From: Enterobacteria phage Aplg8
DNA length: 64,000 nt
Strand: one strand, 5' to 3'
Sequence record: NC_054902.1
Shown here: positions 40,950-51,042 of the stretch, piece after piece
Layout: every line of letters begins with the position of its first letter
Numbering within the stretch: the stretch's first letter is position 1
The notes under the pieces: generated by a model
What the model was told of the DNA's origin: nothing
The model's database searches: none
Seen by the model: the letters and a program-made list of their open reading frames with translations, nothing else
Made by a program: the position numbers and the translations under genes

Positions 40950-41177
40950 TTATTGAAATCGTGTTTTGCTACAAGATTGTTCATAATGATTTATAACCTC
41001 GTTTAAACATTTACTAGTGAAAGAAAACTTTTTAGCCACAGAGCATTCGATAATGTGCTCTTTCAAATCTTTAGAGTTAGTATAACCCATCTCAGTAATA
41101 AAGTGGCGAATTAAAGCTTTATTCTTATCATTAACAGAATTAAAATAATCTGCTTTAGAATCAATTATTCTCATCAT
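40950..41177 (-). CDS. Hypothetical protein, 75 aa
   Basis: ORF in the asiA-motA interval. Confidence 0.4.
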   Translation of the reverse strand: MMRIIDSKADYFNSVNDKNKALIRHFITEMGYTNSKDLKEHIIECSVAKKFSFTSKCLNEVINHYEQSCSKTRFQ

Positions 41178-41442
41178 CTAATTTCCTTAATTGATACTGC
41201 AACGAGCTAATAATTTCTTCGTTCATTTTAATATACATGTCGCGCAAGAAAGGTTTTAACCCGTCACGAATAATTGCTAACGTATCACCTTTACATAAAT
41301 TAACCAAATAAGGATGGTCTAAAGCATCCCAACCAGGCTGATTAGCATACATACCATAATTTTCTTCCATCATAGCATTCAGGCGTTTGATATGATTAAT
41401 GTTGGCTTCAATAGCATCAATCTGGAGTTGTTTAAGATTCAT
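41161..41442 (-). CDS. Hypothetical protein, 93 aa
   Basis: ORF in the asiA-motA interval. Confidence 0.4.
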   Translation of the reverse strand: MNLKQLQIDAIEANINHIKRLNAMMEENYGMYANQPGWDALDHPYLVNLCKGDTLAIIRDGLKPFLRDMYIKMNEEIISSLQYQLRKLDDENN

Positions 41443-41903
41443 TAGTAAAGGTCCTCAGAGTAAAGTTCTTTTTCACTACCACCACGTTCAATACGTACTT
41501 GTCCAGCGTAAGTTGCAATAATCATTGCTTCTTCACGTGTCCAATAATTACTATATTGGTCAATAAACCCTTGGTCATCATCACAAACTTGTTGAGTAAC
41601 TAATTGAGGTTTAACTACATCTAAAACTTCTGCCATATCTTTAGAATAATGACGAGCACCTGGAATAATAAGAGTTCGTCCATCTTTTAATTTAAAACGG
41701 TTGGCTGCACAGACAATTCGTCGTTGATACTTTTGGTTTTCATCCCAGTACGCAGTCTGCCAACAGATTTCAGGAACTTCTTTCAGAATATCTTCTTCTG
41801 TGCATTTATAACCATGCGCTTTAAATTTTTCAACAAGACTTTCTGGAGTTTCACGAGATAAAGGAACATTCAGCATTTTTAAACGATTAACAAACGGGTT
41901 CAT
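41442..41903 (-). CDS. Hypothetical protein, 153 aa
   Basis: ORF in the asiA-motA interval. Confidence 0.45.
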   Translation of the reverse strand: MNPFVNRLKMLNVPLSRETPESLVEKFKAHGYKCTEEDILKEVPEICWQTAYWDENQKYQRRIVCAANRFKLKDGRTLIIPGARHYSKDMAEVLDVVKPQLVTQQVCDDDQGFIDQYSNYWTREEAMIIATYAGQVRIERGGSEKELYSEDLY

Positions 41904-42229
41904 TTAAACCATCCTTTAATACGTTGCCACAAAGTTTTCTGTTGAGCTTTGTTAACACCAATTGAACGAATAACTGGTTGAGATTCCTGGAATTCTTTAT
42001 AATCAGCAAGGTAAATTTCATAAGCCGCTTGAACAAAAGTACTAATCGCTGCCATAAAGTTCTTGCGAATTCCCATAGAGGCTTCAGAACCACCACGGAT
42101 GATTAAATATTTACCAGTCTTAATCTTTACAATAGTTCCAAGATAAGCTCCATGGTACCAAATATCCCAACCCTCTTGAGTAGGTTCTGCACAACGACGA
42201 AGTTCATTGACAATTTCTAACTTGTTCAT
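41900..42229 (-). CDS. Hypothetical protein, 109 aa
   Basis: ORF immediately downstream of motA. Confidence 0.45.
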   Translation of the reverse strand: MNKLEIVNELRRCAEPTQEGWDIWYHGAYLGTIVKIKTGKYLIIRGGSEASMGIRKNFMAAISTFVQAAYEIYLADYKEFQESQPVIRSIGVNKAQQKTLWQRIKGWFK

Positions 42230-42239
42230 TATTTATTCC

Positions 42240-42875
42240 TCACAGTTCAGATGCTACAGTGATTACAGCTTCAATGTTTTCTACTGAGCGTTTAATGTCA
42301 AGATACACATTACCGTTTTTAGCGATTTTACATGACATTCCGATATCAGTAAATTTCTGAATATGATGTTCCATCATTTTGTATCCAAAAATTCGCATGT
42401 TTCCATTGTTGTTAATTTCAAAATTACGAATTCCGTGAGTGCGTTTTTCTAAAATAGCGAGATAGTTACTGCGATAAGTTTCGACCTTTTTAAGAACAAA
42501 TCCATTTTCATCTAAAAGTTTTAACATGAGGTCTTTATCTTCTTCCATATCAGAAGTAATCTCACGAGCTTTACGAGTTGCTCGTTTTTTCAGCAGTTCC
42601 GGAGCATTTTCCTGCGCGTATAAAGTTGCTGCGTTTGAAATAATATCCTGAGCTTCACCTGTAATGATTAATCCATCACCAGATTTCTCCACCAGGCCTT
42701 TTTTAATCAATACCCCAATATTACTATTAACTACTGCGTTACCTAAATCTGGATGCACCTCACGAACTTCTGCAGCTGTAATGAAATCTTTCTTAGCAAT
42801 GGTAATTAAAATCGCAGCAGTTTTTTCATTCAGAACATCGTTAGAAGCTTTGATGATGTAAGTTACTTTAGACAT
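42240..42875 (-). CDS. motA: Middle-transcription activator MotA
   Basis: 211 aa as T4 MotA; synteny asiA...motA-52. Confidence 0.85.
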   Translation of the reverse strand: MSKVTYIIKASNDVLNEKTAAILITIAKKDFITAAEVREVHPDLGNAVVNSNIGVLIKKGLVEKSGDGLIITGEAQDIISNAATLYAQENAPELLKKRATRKAREITSDMEEDKDLMLKLLDENGFVLKKVETYRSNYLAILEKRTHGIRNFEINNNGNMRIFGYKMMEHHIQKFTDIGMSCKIAKNGNVYLDIKRSVENIEAVITVASEL

Positions 42876-42916
42876 TTTCTAATCTCCGTAATTCTGTATC
42901 AGTAGTTGATAGTTGT

Positions 42917-42946
42917 ATAGTACCACAGTATGCTTTGGTTGTAAAC
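42917..42946 (-). promoter_or_regulatory. Early promoter for motA (GTTTAC-N18-TACTAT)
   Basis: Consensus elements; leader ACAACTATCAACTACTGATACAG. Confidence 0.55.
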
Positions 42947-42971
42947 CGTTTTGTGAAAAAAATTTTTGAAA

Positions 42972-42999
42972 TAAAAAAGGGAGAGCCGAGGCTCTCCCT
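42972..42999 (-). terminator. Rho-independent terminator after the gene 52 operon
   Basis: GGGAGAGCC-gag-GCTCTCCC hairpin followed on the minus strand by TTTTTTATTT. Confidence 0.65.
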
Positions 43000-43003
43000 A
43001 AAA

Positions 43004-43152
43004 TTACTGCATGACTGTGATAACTGTCATGATAACACGTTGAATTCCGAACGCAAGAAGACCTCCTGCTACGGCTGGAACAACACCTAAACCCGCCAGT
43101 AAAATGCTACCGGATACTAATGCAGCGCTTGTAATACCTATGAATGGACTCA
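43004..43152 (-). CDS. Small hydrophobic protein, 49 aa
   Basis: ORF MSPFIGITSAALVSGSILLAGLGVVPAVAGG... whose ATG overlaps the gene 52 stop (ATGA); not in the 60-aa-minimum ORF track. Confidence 0.45.
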
Positions 43153-44478
43153 TTTGATTTCCTCTAAATCTTTAGTGTATTCGGTAACTACATCAGTAGT
43201 TTTCCAATATTCGTTTTCTTCTTTCTTAGCTTTAGCTTCTTCAGCAAGTTTCTTTGCTTCGTCGGAAGTCATATGAAAAATATTCATTCCGACTAGTTTA
43301 TCAACATAAGAAGAATACATCTCAATTTTAGAAAGTTCTTCGGTCAGTTCTTTACGAGTTTTACCTTGAACAACAATTTCACCTGAAATTACTTTCTTAA
43401 TGAAATGTGCCTTGGCAAAGGCTAAACGAAAAGCTGACTCAGTTTCTTTGATTTTGTTATCAATTCGTTTTTGGACATAAGTTTTACGAACTTCAACAAA
43501 GTCTTTAATTAAATCAACTACGTTATCGTAAACTTGCAGTTTTCCTTTCTCATTAATGACGGTAATATTCTGAGAACGACGCTCAATCAACCCGAAGTCT
43601 TTCATAATTTTTGCATGGCGTTCTTCTTCATTATCGCTCAAAGAATATTCTTTACGGAATTTAACTTTGAATCCAAAACCATGCTCACCACAAGCATCAT
43701 CCCATGTAATGAAGCCTTTATCTTCAAGTGGGTCTAAGATTTTACTCACATAAGTTTCACGATCATACTTATACGGAATCTCAGTGATATGCATTTGAGT
43801 TCGTGAAGTAAACTTATATGTTCCACGAATTTCATATTGCCCATCAATTTCAACGACTTCACCACGAAATTCTGGGAATTCTACCTTCGGTTTAGTTACT
43901 TTCTTTCCTTGAAGAGCTTGCAGTACAGCTTTCTTAACAGAAGAAACACTATGAGGAAGAATGTAAGTTGCATAACCAGTTGCAATACCGGAAACGCCAT
44001 TAAGAAGAACAGTAGGAATAATAGGCAAATAGAAAGCAGGCGGAATGTGTTCTTTATCTTGATGTACCGGAGCATATTCAGTATCTTTATATACGTTATA
44101 GAAATTTTTACTTACACGAGCAAAAATATAACGACTTGCTGCTGCTTTTTGGACGGTACGAGAACCGAAGTTTCCTTGACCATCTAACAAAGGAAAGTTA
44201 TTATTCCAAGTGTTAGCCATCAAAGCCCCCGCATCTTGTGCAGAGTTTTCACCATGGTGATATCCAAGGTCCGCTACACCACCTGCAATAGAAGCGAGTT
44301 TGTGAAACTTATCTTTATTTCCTCGTGCCAAATCAAGAGCTCGAGCAATAACAAATCGTTGAACTGGCTTAAATCCATCAATCATATTTGGAATAGCACG
44401 ATTTTCAACCGTGTACATAGCATAAGCCAATGCTTCATTATCAATGATACTTTTTAAATCGCGATTATTCAGTTGCAT
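43150..44478 (-). CDS. 52: DNA topoisomerase II medium subunit
   Basis: 442 aa as T4 gp52; synteny motA-52-ac. Confidence 0.9.
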   Translation of the reverse strand: MQLNNRDLKSIIDNEALAYAMYTVENRAIPNMIDGFKPVQRFVIARALDLARGNKDKFHKLASIAGGVADLGYHHGENSAQDAGALMANTWNNNFPLLDGQGNFGSRTVQKAAASRYIFARVSKNFYNVYKDTEYAPVHQDKEHIPPAFYLPIIPTVLLNGVSGIATGYATYILPHSVSSVKKAVLQALQGKKVTKPKVEFPEFRGEVVEIDGQYEIRGTYKFTSRTQMHITEIPYKYDRETYVSKILDPLEDKGFITWDDACGEHGFGFKVKFRKEYSLSDNEEERHAKIMKDFGLIERRSQNITVINEKGKLQVYDNVVDLIKDFVEVRKTYVQKRIDNKIKETESAFRLAFAKAHFIKKVISGEIVVQGKTRKELTEELSKIEMYSSYVDKLVGMNIFHMTSDEAKKLAEEAKAKKEENEYWKTTDVVTEYTKDLEEIK

Positions 44479-44609
44479 AAATTTACCATACTAGTGAATG
44501 TAGTGCCATAATAACATCAGAAATGAAAAGCACGACTTGAATTAATCCAAACATTACTCCATAATATAGTGCTATTAATAAAATAGCAAGGGCTAATGAA
44601 TAGCCCAAG
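44479..44609 (-). CDS. Possible small membrane peptide, about 45 aa
   Basis: Hydrophobic ORF MIKKILGYSLALAILLIALYYGV...; no clear Shine-Dalgarno. Confidence 0.25.
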
Positions 44610-44615
44610 ATTTTC

Positions 44616-44774
44616 TTAATCATTAGTAGATAACAACACAAATGTTAAATATGCACACATACCCTGAGCTAAAGCTTGCGAAAACACACTGCTGGCATCA
44701 ATACAGATAGTTAAAACACATGCTACTATCCAACAAATAAATGAAATAACTCCTAATAATTTTGCAATATTCAT
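44616..44774 (-). CDS. ac: Small membrane protein Ac-like, 52 aa
   Basis: Track ORF trimmed to MNIAKLLGVISFICWIVACV...; GAGGAG Shine-Dalgarno; T4 ac product is 51 aa. Confidence 0.5.
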   Translation of the reverse strand: MNIAKLLGVISFICWIVACVLTICIDASSVFSQALAQGMCAYLTFVLLSTND

Positions 44775-44780
44775 AATATT

Positions 44781-44939
44781 CTCCTCAACTATTTTTAGAA
44801 CCAATGTACGCGAATAATGATAAAATCGCTAATACGCCCTGAGCTGATGCTTGCAAAAATACTGAAGTTTCTCCAGTTATTACTGTTCCGATGCATAAAA
44901 AGAACCAACAGAAAAAGGCTATACCGTGAACAAATTTCA
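44781..44939 (-). CDS. Ac paralog, small membrane protein, about 51 aa
   Basis: MKFVHGIAFFCWFFLCIGTV...SVFLQASAQGV shares the C...SVF.QA.AQG pattern with the adjacent ac-like ORF. Confidence 0.45.
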
Positions 44940-44947
44940 TATTTTCC

Positions 44948-45028
44948 TCACTGGCGTCCGAAGACGCCTTTGGTTTTAAGATTGTTACGATAGAACTGCA
45001 TCACGTGTTCGTTGTGGAAATTACTCAT
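44948..45028 (-). CDS. stp: Stp peptide (26 aa), activator of host anticodon-nuclease restriction
   Basis: Minus-strand translation gives [26 protein letters not shown], matching T4 Stp as recalled; start overlaps the ndd stop (TAATG). Confidence 0.85.
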
Positions 45029-45486
45029 TAATATGCCTGCAAAACGAATTTAAAGTTATCAGCCAACATACGGTTCATTTCTTCAAGTGTTTGATACTCA
45101 GAATGATGATTACGAGTAAACGCCAAAGCTAACTGACCTTTACCAAATCCTGTCGTCAGAGGTTTCATCTTAGAAGCAGGCAGATAAAATACTGTGTATG
45201 GAACATTGTTATTTGCAATAGTACGTGCAAGCTGAGACCGACGTTGACGAATATGACTTAGAACTGCACTGAATCCTTGCTTAGAACGCTGATTACCTAC
45301 ATAAAATCGTGCAGACACGCATGGATTACTAAATGGACGACCATCTAATTTACTTACTAAAAAGTAAAATCCAGGTTTAGATAAAATATCTTTATGCGGA
45401 GTTCCCAAAAACCATTCACCACCCTTGATTGTACCAATAACAGTAGCACCTGCGTTGTTCAGATCAGTAACAGTCATATATTTCAT
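45028..45486 (-). CDS. ndd: Nucleoid disruption protein
   Basis: Track ORF trimmed to [14 protein letters not shown]... (152 aa; T4 Ndd 151 aa) with GAGG Shine-Dalgarno. Confidence 0.8.
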
Positions 45487-45544
45487 ATTAATTTCCTCTA
45501 AATTATTTTCTACTCCAAGGCCGCATGAATACGCGGCCATTAAA

Positions 45545-45760
45545 TTAATCGTCACAGTCGACGCTCAATTCCCAAAACTCTTCTACGGTATAAGTTTCAG
45601 TATCATTTTCAATACAGAAACGTTCATTACTGTTATTTGCTAAAGTAGCATTAACTGTCGGTTTCTCGCTAGTGCTCTTAAGAGGTGAAATACGAATTAA
45701 CTGATCACCGTTATCTAAACAGAAAATTTCACCAACTTTTACATCTTTAAAACTTTTCAT
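45545..45760 (-). CDS. Hypothetical protein, 71 aa
   Basis: ORF downstream of ndd region. Confidence 0.4.
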   Translation of the reverse strand: MKSFKDVKVGEIFCLDNGDQLIRISPLKSTSEKPTVNATLANNSNERFCIENDTETYTVEEFWELSVDCDD

Positions 45761-45875
45761 AATTCACCTCAAGGAGTATAAAATCCAAATGCAGTTGTTG
45801 ACCATCCCATCCAATACGGAAAATTTGCACCAATGTAAAACATAAGAATATAAAACCAAATGTTTAGTAAATTCA

Positions 45876-46094
45876 TCATTTTACACCATTCCAAATTGTT
45901 TCAACTACGGATTTTAAACCATTTTGATGAATATCCATTCCGACTACCGCCATCAAATAGATTCCAACTACAACTGAACCTAAGGCAAAAATCAGCATGA
46001 AAATGAATAAAGCCGGAAAAATATTATCGAAAAACCATTCAATAAATGTAAAAGCACTGCGTTTACGCTTCATATTTTCCTCACATAAATCCAA
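45876..46094 (-). CDS. Small membrane protein, about 65-72 aa
   Basis: Hydrophobic segment FPALFIFMLIFALGSVVVGIYLMAVV. Confidence 0.4.
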   Translation of the reverse strand: MDLCEENMKRKRSAFTFIEWFFDNIFPALFIFMLIFALGSVVVGIYLMAVVGMDIHQNGLKSVVETIWNGVK

Positions 46095-46194
46095 AGTAAA
46101 CGTTTAATACATCAATCATTAAAACGATTGGGAATATACTCAAAACTACTAGTATTATAACTACATTCCATATAGCTTTAACAATCTTTTTCAT
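46081..46194 (-). CDS. Small membrane peptide, 37 aa
   Basis: Track ORF 46081-46329 trimmed to MKKIVKAIWNVVIILVVLSIFPIVLMIDV... with GGAGG Shine-Dalgarno; the upstream part of the track ORF is promoter sequence. Confidence 0.4.
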   Translation of the reverse strand: MKKIVKAIWNVVIILVVLSIFPIVLMIDVLNVYFGFM

Positions 46195-46222
46195 TTTCTG
46201 TTCCTCCGTAGTTGATAGGGTA

Positions 46223-46252
46223 ATAGTACCACGGAAGAACAGTCTTGTAAAC
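46223..46252 (-). promoter_or_regulatory. Early promoter (GTTTAC-N18-TACTAT)
   Basis: Consensus elements; leader TACCCTATCAACTACGGAGG. Confidence 0.5.
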
Positions 46253-46262
46253 AACTTTTTTA

Positions 46263-46358
46263 AAAATATTCGTAATAAATGTGAATACCAACTACTACCG
46301 CTGAAACCTGTGCAACCCACCACGCACAAGCAATAAGTACAGAATTCAAAATTTTCAT
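46263..46358 (-). CDS. Possible small membrane peptide, 31 aa
   Basis: MKILNSVLIACAWWVAQVSAVVVGIHIYYEYF with GAGG Shine-Dalgarno. Confidence 0.3.
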
Positions 46359-46437
46359 AATAACCTCATCACAAAAGTAAATGTTAAACAAATTACTGGA
46401 ATACTAATTAACCAAACAAAACACCACCATAGTGAAC

Positions 46438-46701
46438 TCATAACTCAATCTCAGCGATTTTCATTTCATTACTATTAATAGCCGCTTTAAGACTATCTGA
46501 AAGAATTACATTCCAGTGGTCATTCATATGACCATTAACTAAGCGTGTAATTTCTTCAGGAGTTGAAAAATAAGGCTGATCAGACTCCCAATGCGATAAT
46601 CCTAAGCGAGTATAAATCATGCCTTCATCATCACTAGAATATTCAACTGACACAAACTCATCAGTTATTTTATGTTTAGCGTAATAAAATTTAAATTTCA
46701 T
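46438..46701 (-). CDS. Hypothetical protein, 87 aa
   Basis: Track ORF trimmed to MKFKFYYAKHKITDE... with GGAGAA Shine-Dalgarno downstream of an early promoter. Confidence 0.45.
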   Translation of the reverse strand: MKFKFYYAKHKITDEFVSVEYSSDDEGMIYTRLGLSHWESDQPYFSTPEEITRLVNGHMNDHWNVILSDSLKAAINSNEMKIAEIEL

Positions 46702-46735
46702 TTTATTCTCCAAATCCGTATCAGTTGATAGTTGT

Positions 46736-46765
46736 ATAGTACCACGGTCCTTGTGGTACGTAAAC
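46736..46765 (-). promoter_or_regulatory. Early promoter (GTTTAC-N18-TACTAT)
   Basis: Consensus elements; leader ACAACTATCAACTGATACGG. Confidence 0.5.
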
Positions 46766-46781
46766 TGTTTTGTGAAATTTT

Positions 46782-47339
46782 TTAAATGGAAAGATACCAT
46801 CCGTTGTAGTTGCTTTTTCTTACAACCCTACGAAGGTCTTCTCTGTCACCGATGAACTTCGGAGTGTACTGGATGACACCTGGATGAATTTCTTTAGTGT
46901 TGAATATAATTATACAGTCAGCGACTTGATGATTTAGAATGGGCCCTAGATTTATTCCAGAACCATATGGATACTCTCCGCTGCATCCTGTTGTTACCGA
47001 AATCCAACGTGAGTCAGTTTGATGTGTCTTAACTTCTACGCGAAGCCCGCAATATTTTGGATGCGCCAATACATCCCATGCATATGTGTACGGATCATCG
47101 ACATCTTCTTGGCCTTTATTGACATATCCGCTTAGCCAATCTGCCACAAAAAACTCTGCGTACACAGCGATACGGCATCTTTCGATAACTTCTGCCTTAT
47201 CCTGGTTCGGGTTTTGTTTTAAAGAGTATCTTACAGTATCAGCAATTTTGACCTTCATTTCATTGGTTAAATCGCTGTTCGATAGAGTAAATGTCGGAAT
47301 CTGAAATAGTCTCTGTAACCCAGGATTCGTTTTCTGCAT
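46782..47339 (-). CDS. denB: Endonuclease IV
   Basis: 185 aa as T4 DenB; position between ndd cluster and rIIB. Confidence 0.8.
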   Translation of the reverse strand: MQKTNPGLQRLFQIPTFTLSNSDLTNEMKVKIADTVRYSLKQNPNQDKAEVIERCRIAVYAEFFVADWLSGYVNKGQEDVDDPYTYAWDVLAHPKYCGLRVEVKTHQTDSRWISVTTGCSGEYPYGSGINLGPILNHQVADCIIIFNTKEIHPGVIQYTPKFIGDREDLRRVVRKSNYNGWYLSI

Positions 47340-47395
47340 TTAAACTTTCCTTTATGTCGGAATCACTGATATTCATATAAATCATAATTTCTCTT

Positions 47396-47418
47396 AAAAC
47401 AAAAGGGCCGAAGCCCCT
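47396..47418 (-). terminator. Terminator-like hairpin
   Basis: GGGCCGAAGCCCC hairpin followed on the minus strand by TTTTGTTTT. Confidence 0.45.
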
Positions 47419-47422
47419 TATT

Positions 47423-47617
47423 TTATTTGAATTGTGCAATTCTTTTCTCTAGACACTCAGCATAAGATTTCATTGAGATGAACTGTGAAAGCAGCAGTTC
47501 TTGCTCAACTGCACTAACCGTTAGAAACTTTGTGCTTTCTAAAAATTTGCTCAGTGCATTAATTTTGAGCATTAATTGATCGTATTCTTCTTTTACTCGT
47601 GCTTGATAACCTAACAT
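47423..47617 (-). CDS. Hypothetical protein, 64 aa
   Basis: ORF between rIIB and denB, preceded by a hairpin and Shine-Dalgarno. Confidence 0.45.
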   Translation of the reverse strand: MLGYQARVKEEYDQLMLKINALSKFLESTKFLTVSAVEQELLLSQFISMKSYAECLEKRIAQFK

Positions 47618-47645
47618 AATTTTCCTTAGTTAAGGGCCGAAGCCC

Positions 47646-48584
47646 TTATTTAAATTGTTCAGTAACGTCTTCAACTACTTCGTATTGGCAGGTACGCATT
47701 TTAGCATCGTTGTAATCAATCGGAATTGATACTACATCACGTGGATGTACTTTAACTTTTACAACTCGGCTAGTTGAACTGCCAAAGTGACGAATATAAG
47801 ATTTAGAACACACATGCAGACCACGAGAACAAGTTTGTGTATCATCGTCATTCACACGAGTACGCGGCATTTTAACTACTTTACCAGGACTGTTATCAAA
47901 GGTGTTTGAGTGACAGTCAAAGTAGTTGTCACGAACTACTTTCCAAGCATAGAAGTAACCATCTTCTGTAATTTCAATATCGTTTGCTACCAAGAAATCA
48001 AAGAGTCGAGATACCGCTTTCTGGCTTGGGTTTTCCAGCAGATTTTCCAAGAACGGAAAATAAAATTCAAAGTTTTCACCTTTTTCCATCGAATCGAGAA
48101 TACGATCAACTAAACCAGACCGTAATTCGATATTTTGATAGAACAAGCTTCCGCCTTCAATTCGAACATCGCCGGAAATATATTTTTCAACAGCGCGACG
48201 AACATTAATTTTTTGTGCCGCTTCTTCCAGCTTATCCGCTACAAGCAGATTAAGAATTTCCTGGAAGTTTGAATGAGTATTAGGAGTTGCGTTATAAGTT
48301 ACACCGTCAACAGTAATTGAAATGAATTTTTTAGATGCATTCCAAATAATGTCAGATTTAGCAACTGGAGCAATAACTTCATCGCTATTAACTTTAACTG
48401 TAATATCACCGCTAATAGTAACTTTAGGGTGTTTAGCTTCTTCAGCATTTTTCAAAACACGACGGATTGTGTCAACCGATACATCCTTCCAATAAGCTAA
48501 TTCCTGCTGAGTGTAATTACCGCTTGAATACAGTTTAACAATTTCAGCTTGTTCGTTTTTGGTCAGGCATTTAATATTGTACAT
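47646..48584 (-). CDS. rIIB: rIIB protein
   Basis: 312 aa as T4 rIIB; adjacent to rIIA. Confidence 0.9.
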   Translation of the reverse strand: MYNIKCLTKNEQAEIVKLYSSGNYTQQELAYWKDVSVDTIRRVLKNAEEAKHPKVTISGDITVKVNSDEVIAPVAKSDIIWNASKKFISITVDGVTYNATPNTHSNFQEILNLLVADKLEEAAQKINVRRAVEKYISGDVRIEGGSLFYQNIELRSGLVDRILDSMEKGENFEFYFPFLENLLENPSQKAVSRLFDFLVANDIEITEDGYFYAWKVVRDNYFDCHSNTFDNSPGKVVKMPRTRVNDDDTQTCSRGLHVCSKSYIRHFGSSTSRVVKVKVHPRDVVSIPIDYNDAKMRTCQYEVVEDVTEQFK

Positions 48585-48595
48585 AATTTTCCTTA

Positions 48596-50773
48596 TTAGG
48601 CCGCAAGGGCCTTCATAGTTTTAGCGATTTGGGAAACTTCATCATCACTTAAAGAACTGCGATATCCGATGAAGTCGGAAACAATACGGAATTTCTTGGT
48701 AAACTCAGCAACCATTTTATCACTGTTTTTTGAAGCATTATTTGATAATACATCAAAAAGATTAGTTACTGTCCAGATGTCATGACCGATGGTATCTTTT
48801 CCACCATTAAAATATACACCGCGCAATGAACTAACTATATTAGCGAGTCGTGTATATTCTTCAGAAACTTCATCTGTACTGAAGTACTTCATCATAAAAT
48901 CTAGTTCAGGATACTTGATAATTTTATCAATATATCGTTGAGCTGAACTTGAATAACCTACATACTTATCATAATCTACATCATCAAAAGCATCTACATA
49001 TAAATCACGCAAAGCTTCAAAAATACATTGGCACTGACCAAGCTCTTTTACCTTTTTCTGCAAAAGCGGACGAATAACATAAAATTCATTAATGCCAATA
49101 AGATTAGCCATACGAATCAAAATATTCATAGATGGATGACAAAGTGATGTAGTACCATCCATAGAGAAAATATCAGAACGATGCATATACGCTACATAAC
49201 CAGTAATTTCATCTGCTTCTGACGTAAGTGTAAATAGTTCCTCTTTTTCCCAGCGCCCGTCTTTAATTTCAAACTTAAATGCTGTAGCAGCTTTAGGACG
49301 AGGAGCTTTACTTTTAACTACCTTTGGAATATAGCTTTTAACTAAAGCTTCAATTTCTGACAAATAATGAATGTTAACTTCATCACTTTCAAACATCGCC
49401 ATAATATCAGGAAGTAAATCAATCTGCGATTCTACTTCTGGGTTAATAAACAAAAGGCGTTCGTTATGATGAATATTCAAAGTGTTATTAAATTCACTAT
49501 CATCTAACGCATGTGCTAATCCACGAACAATATTAACACGATTTTTAATATTATCAATAACGATATTAATTTTTGTTGTATTAATACCAAACAGACGATA
49601 ACTTGATGCAACGGCTGAAGTTTCATGACTTTGCTTAATGCGCTTCAGTCGAGGGTCAAGATTTACTTCATACACAACTCCTGCATTGCATAACTTACTG
49701 TCAGGTTCAAACATGCTCTGCATCTTTTTATATGACAGATTTTTAGTCGTGAATTTGACTGAATTACTAATCATATAATCTCGAGCAGAATACCCCATCT
49801 TCATTAATTCACGATATGTGTGACGAGGAGATGTAGATTCTTTAAATCGTTTTACATCTTCATTAAATGCTTTCTCACTAAGCTCTTTAACTCGTTCAAT
49901 AATATTTTTACGAGTGCGATCATCTAATGAAAGAGCTTCACGTGATGGAGCAATATCAAGTGAACCCATTGGAAATTTAATGTAATTCACTTCATTACGA
50001 ATGCTTAGCCAGTTACGGTCTCTAATAACACCATCGATAGGATAAACAATACCACCATAGATAGCATATAATCCACCACGATCAGGCCAGTATCTTTCTG
50101 GATTTACACCGTAATAGTCATCAAAATCCGGAAAATAGTCAATTTCACGGTCAAGACCATTAATGATAGCCAAATCTTTGAACGGCCGCATGATATAAGA
50201 AACTTCATAAGCAAAGTTTCTAAAGTCTTTTTCTTCAACTGGAACTACGATTTCAATACCAGTTTTATCATCTGGACCCATTTCTTTTACGAATGTAGGT
50301 TTAATCTGTGGTCCATCGCCATCCATGTAAGCTACATAACCACGAATTTCACCTTTATGATACGAAGTAATACTAAATGTATCAGTATAACTAAACGGAG
50401 ATTTAGAACCTAAACCAAACCCGCCAATAAAGTCATTAGATTCAGCCTTAGATGAACTGAAGTATGAATTATACAGACCAGGAGAATTATCATCACCCTG
50501 AATATCAAAATCACTCATACCCGGACCAAAATCTCGACAAACAAATCGTGGATCTAATCGTCCTGGAACTTGAATGATAAATTTTTCAGGATTTCCATTA
50601 AGTGCATGAGCATCAATCATGTTAGTAATCAATTCACGGACTACTGCGCGAATCTTGTTTGTATACAAATCAGATGACAGAATTTTAAATACTTTAGGAT
50701 TTGCTGCGATGCTAAATGCTTTTGATTTAGAACCATTGCCAAGAATTGTTTCTTTTTCAGTGGTGATAATCAT
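48596..50773 (-). CDS. rIIA: rIIA protein
   Basis: 725 aa as T4 rIIA; GHKL-like ATPase motifs near the N-terminus. Confidence 0.9.
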   Translation of the reverse strand: MIITTEKETILGNGSKSKAFSIAANPKVFKILSSDLYTNKIRAVVRELITNMIDAHALNGNPEKFIIQVPGRLDPRFVCRDFGPGMSDFDIQGDDNSPGLYNSYFSSSKAESNDFIGGFGLGSKSPFSYTDTFSITSYHKGEIRGYVAYMDGDGPQIKPTFVKEMGPDDKTGIEIVVPVEEKDFRNFAYEVSYIMRPFKDLAIINGLDREIDYFPDFDDYYGVNPERYWPDRGGLYAIYGGIVYPIDGVIRDRNWLSIRNEVNYIKFPMGSLDIAPSREALSLDDRTRKNIIERVKELSEKAFNEDVKRFKESTSPRHTYRELMKMGYSARDYMISNSVKFTTKNLSYKKMQSMFEPDSKLCNAGVVYEVNLDPRLKRIKQSHETSAVASSYRLFGINTTKINIVIDNIKNRVNIVRGLAHALDDSEFNNTLNIHHNERLLFINPEVESQIDLLPDIMAMFESDEVNIHYLSEIEALVKSYIPKVVKSKAPRPKAATAFKFEIKDGRWEKEELFTLTSEADEITGYVAYMHRSDIFSMDGTTSLCHPSMNILIRMANLIGINEFYVIRPLLQKKVKELGQCQCIFEALRDLYVDAFDDVDYDKYVGYSSSAQRYIDKIIKYPELDFMMKYFSTDEVSEEYTRLANIVSSLRGVYFNGGKDTIGHDIWTVTNLFDVLSNNASKNSDKMVAEFTKKFRIVSDFIGYRSSLSDDEVSQIAKTMKALAA

Positions 50774-50783
50774 AATTTCCTCA

Positions 50784-50987
50784 TTAATTCATATTACGCT
50801 TAATAACTTCAGCAACTTCTAGTAGTTCATCTTTAGTTGCGGTGTCTGATTGAATTTTATCTCTAATATCCTTAAAGCGGTTTTTAAACTCTTCGGCTTC
50901 TCCCATATCGAAAAAGCGTTGAATGATTCTATATTCTCGATGAACTGCTTTATCAAAAAGTTCTAAATTTACTTTATATGATTTCAT
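50784..50987 (-). CDS. Hypothetical protein, 67 aa (rIIA.1 position)
   Basis: ORF immediately upstream of rIIA. Confidence 0.5.
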   Translation of the reverse strand: MKSYKVNLELFDKAVHREYRIIQRFFDMGEAEEFKNRFKDIRDKIQSDTATKDELLEVAEVIKRNMN

Positions 50988-51012
50988 TTCAATATCCTCA
51001 TTTGCCCAATTA

Positions 51013-51042
51013 ATTATACCACATCCTTGTGGTAAAGTAAAC
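51013..51042 (-). promoter_or_regulatory. Early promoter for the rIIA operon (GTTTAC-N18-TATAAT)
   Basis: Consensus elements; the -35 overlaps the gene 39 stop codon. Confidence 0.5.
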
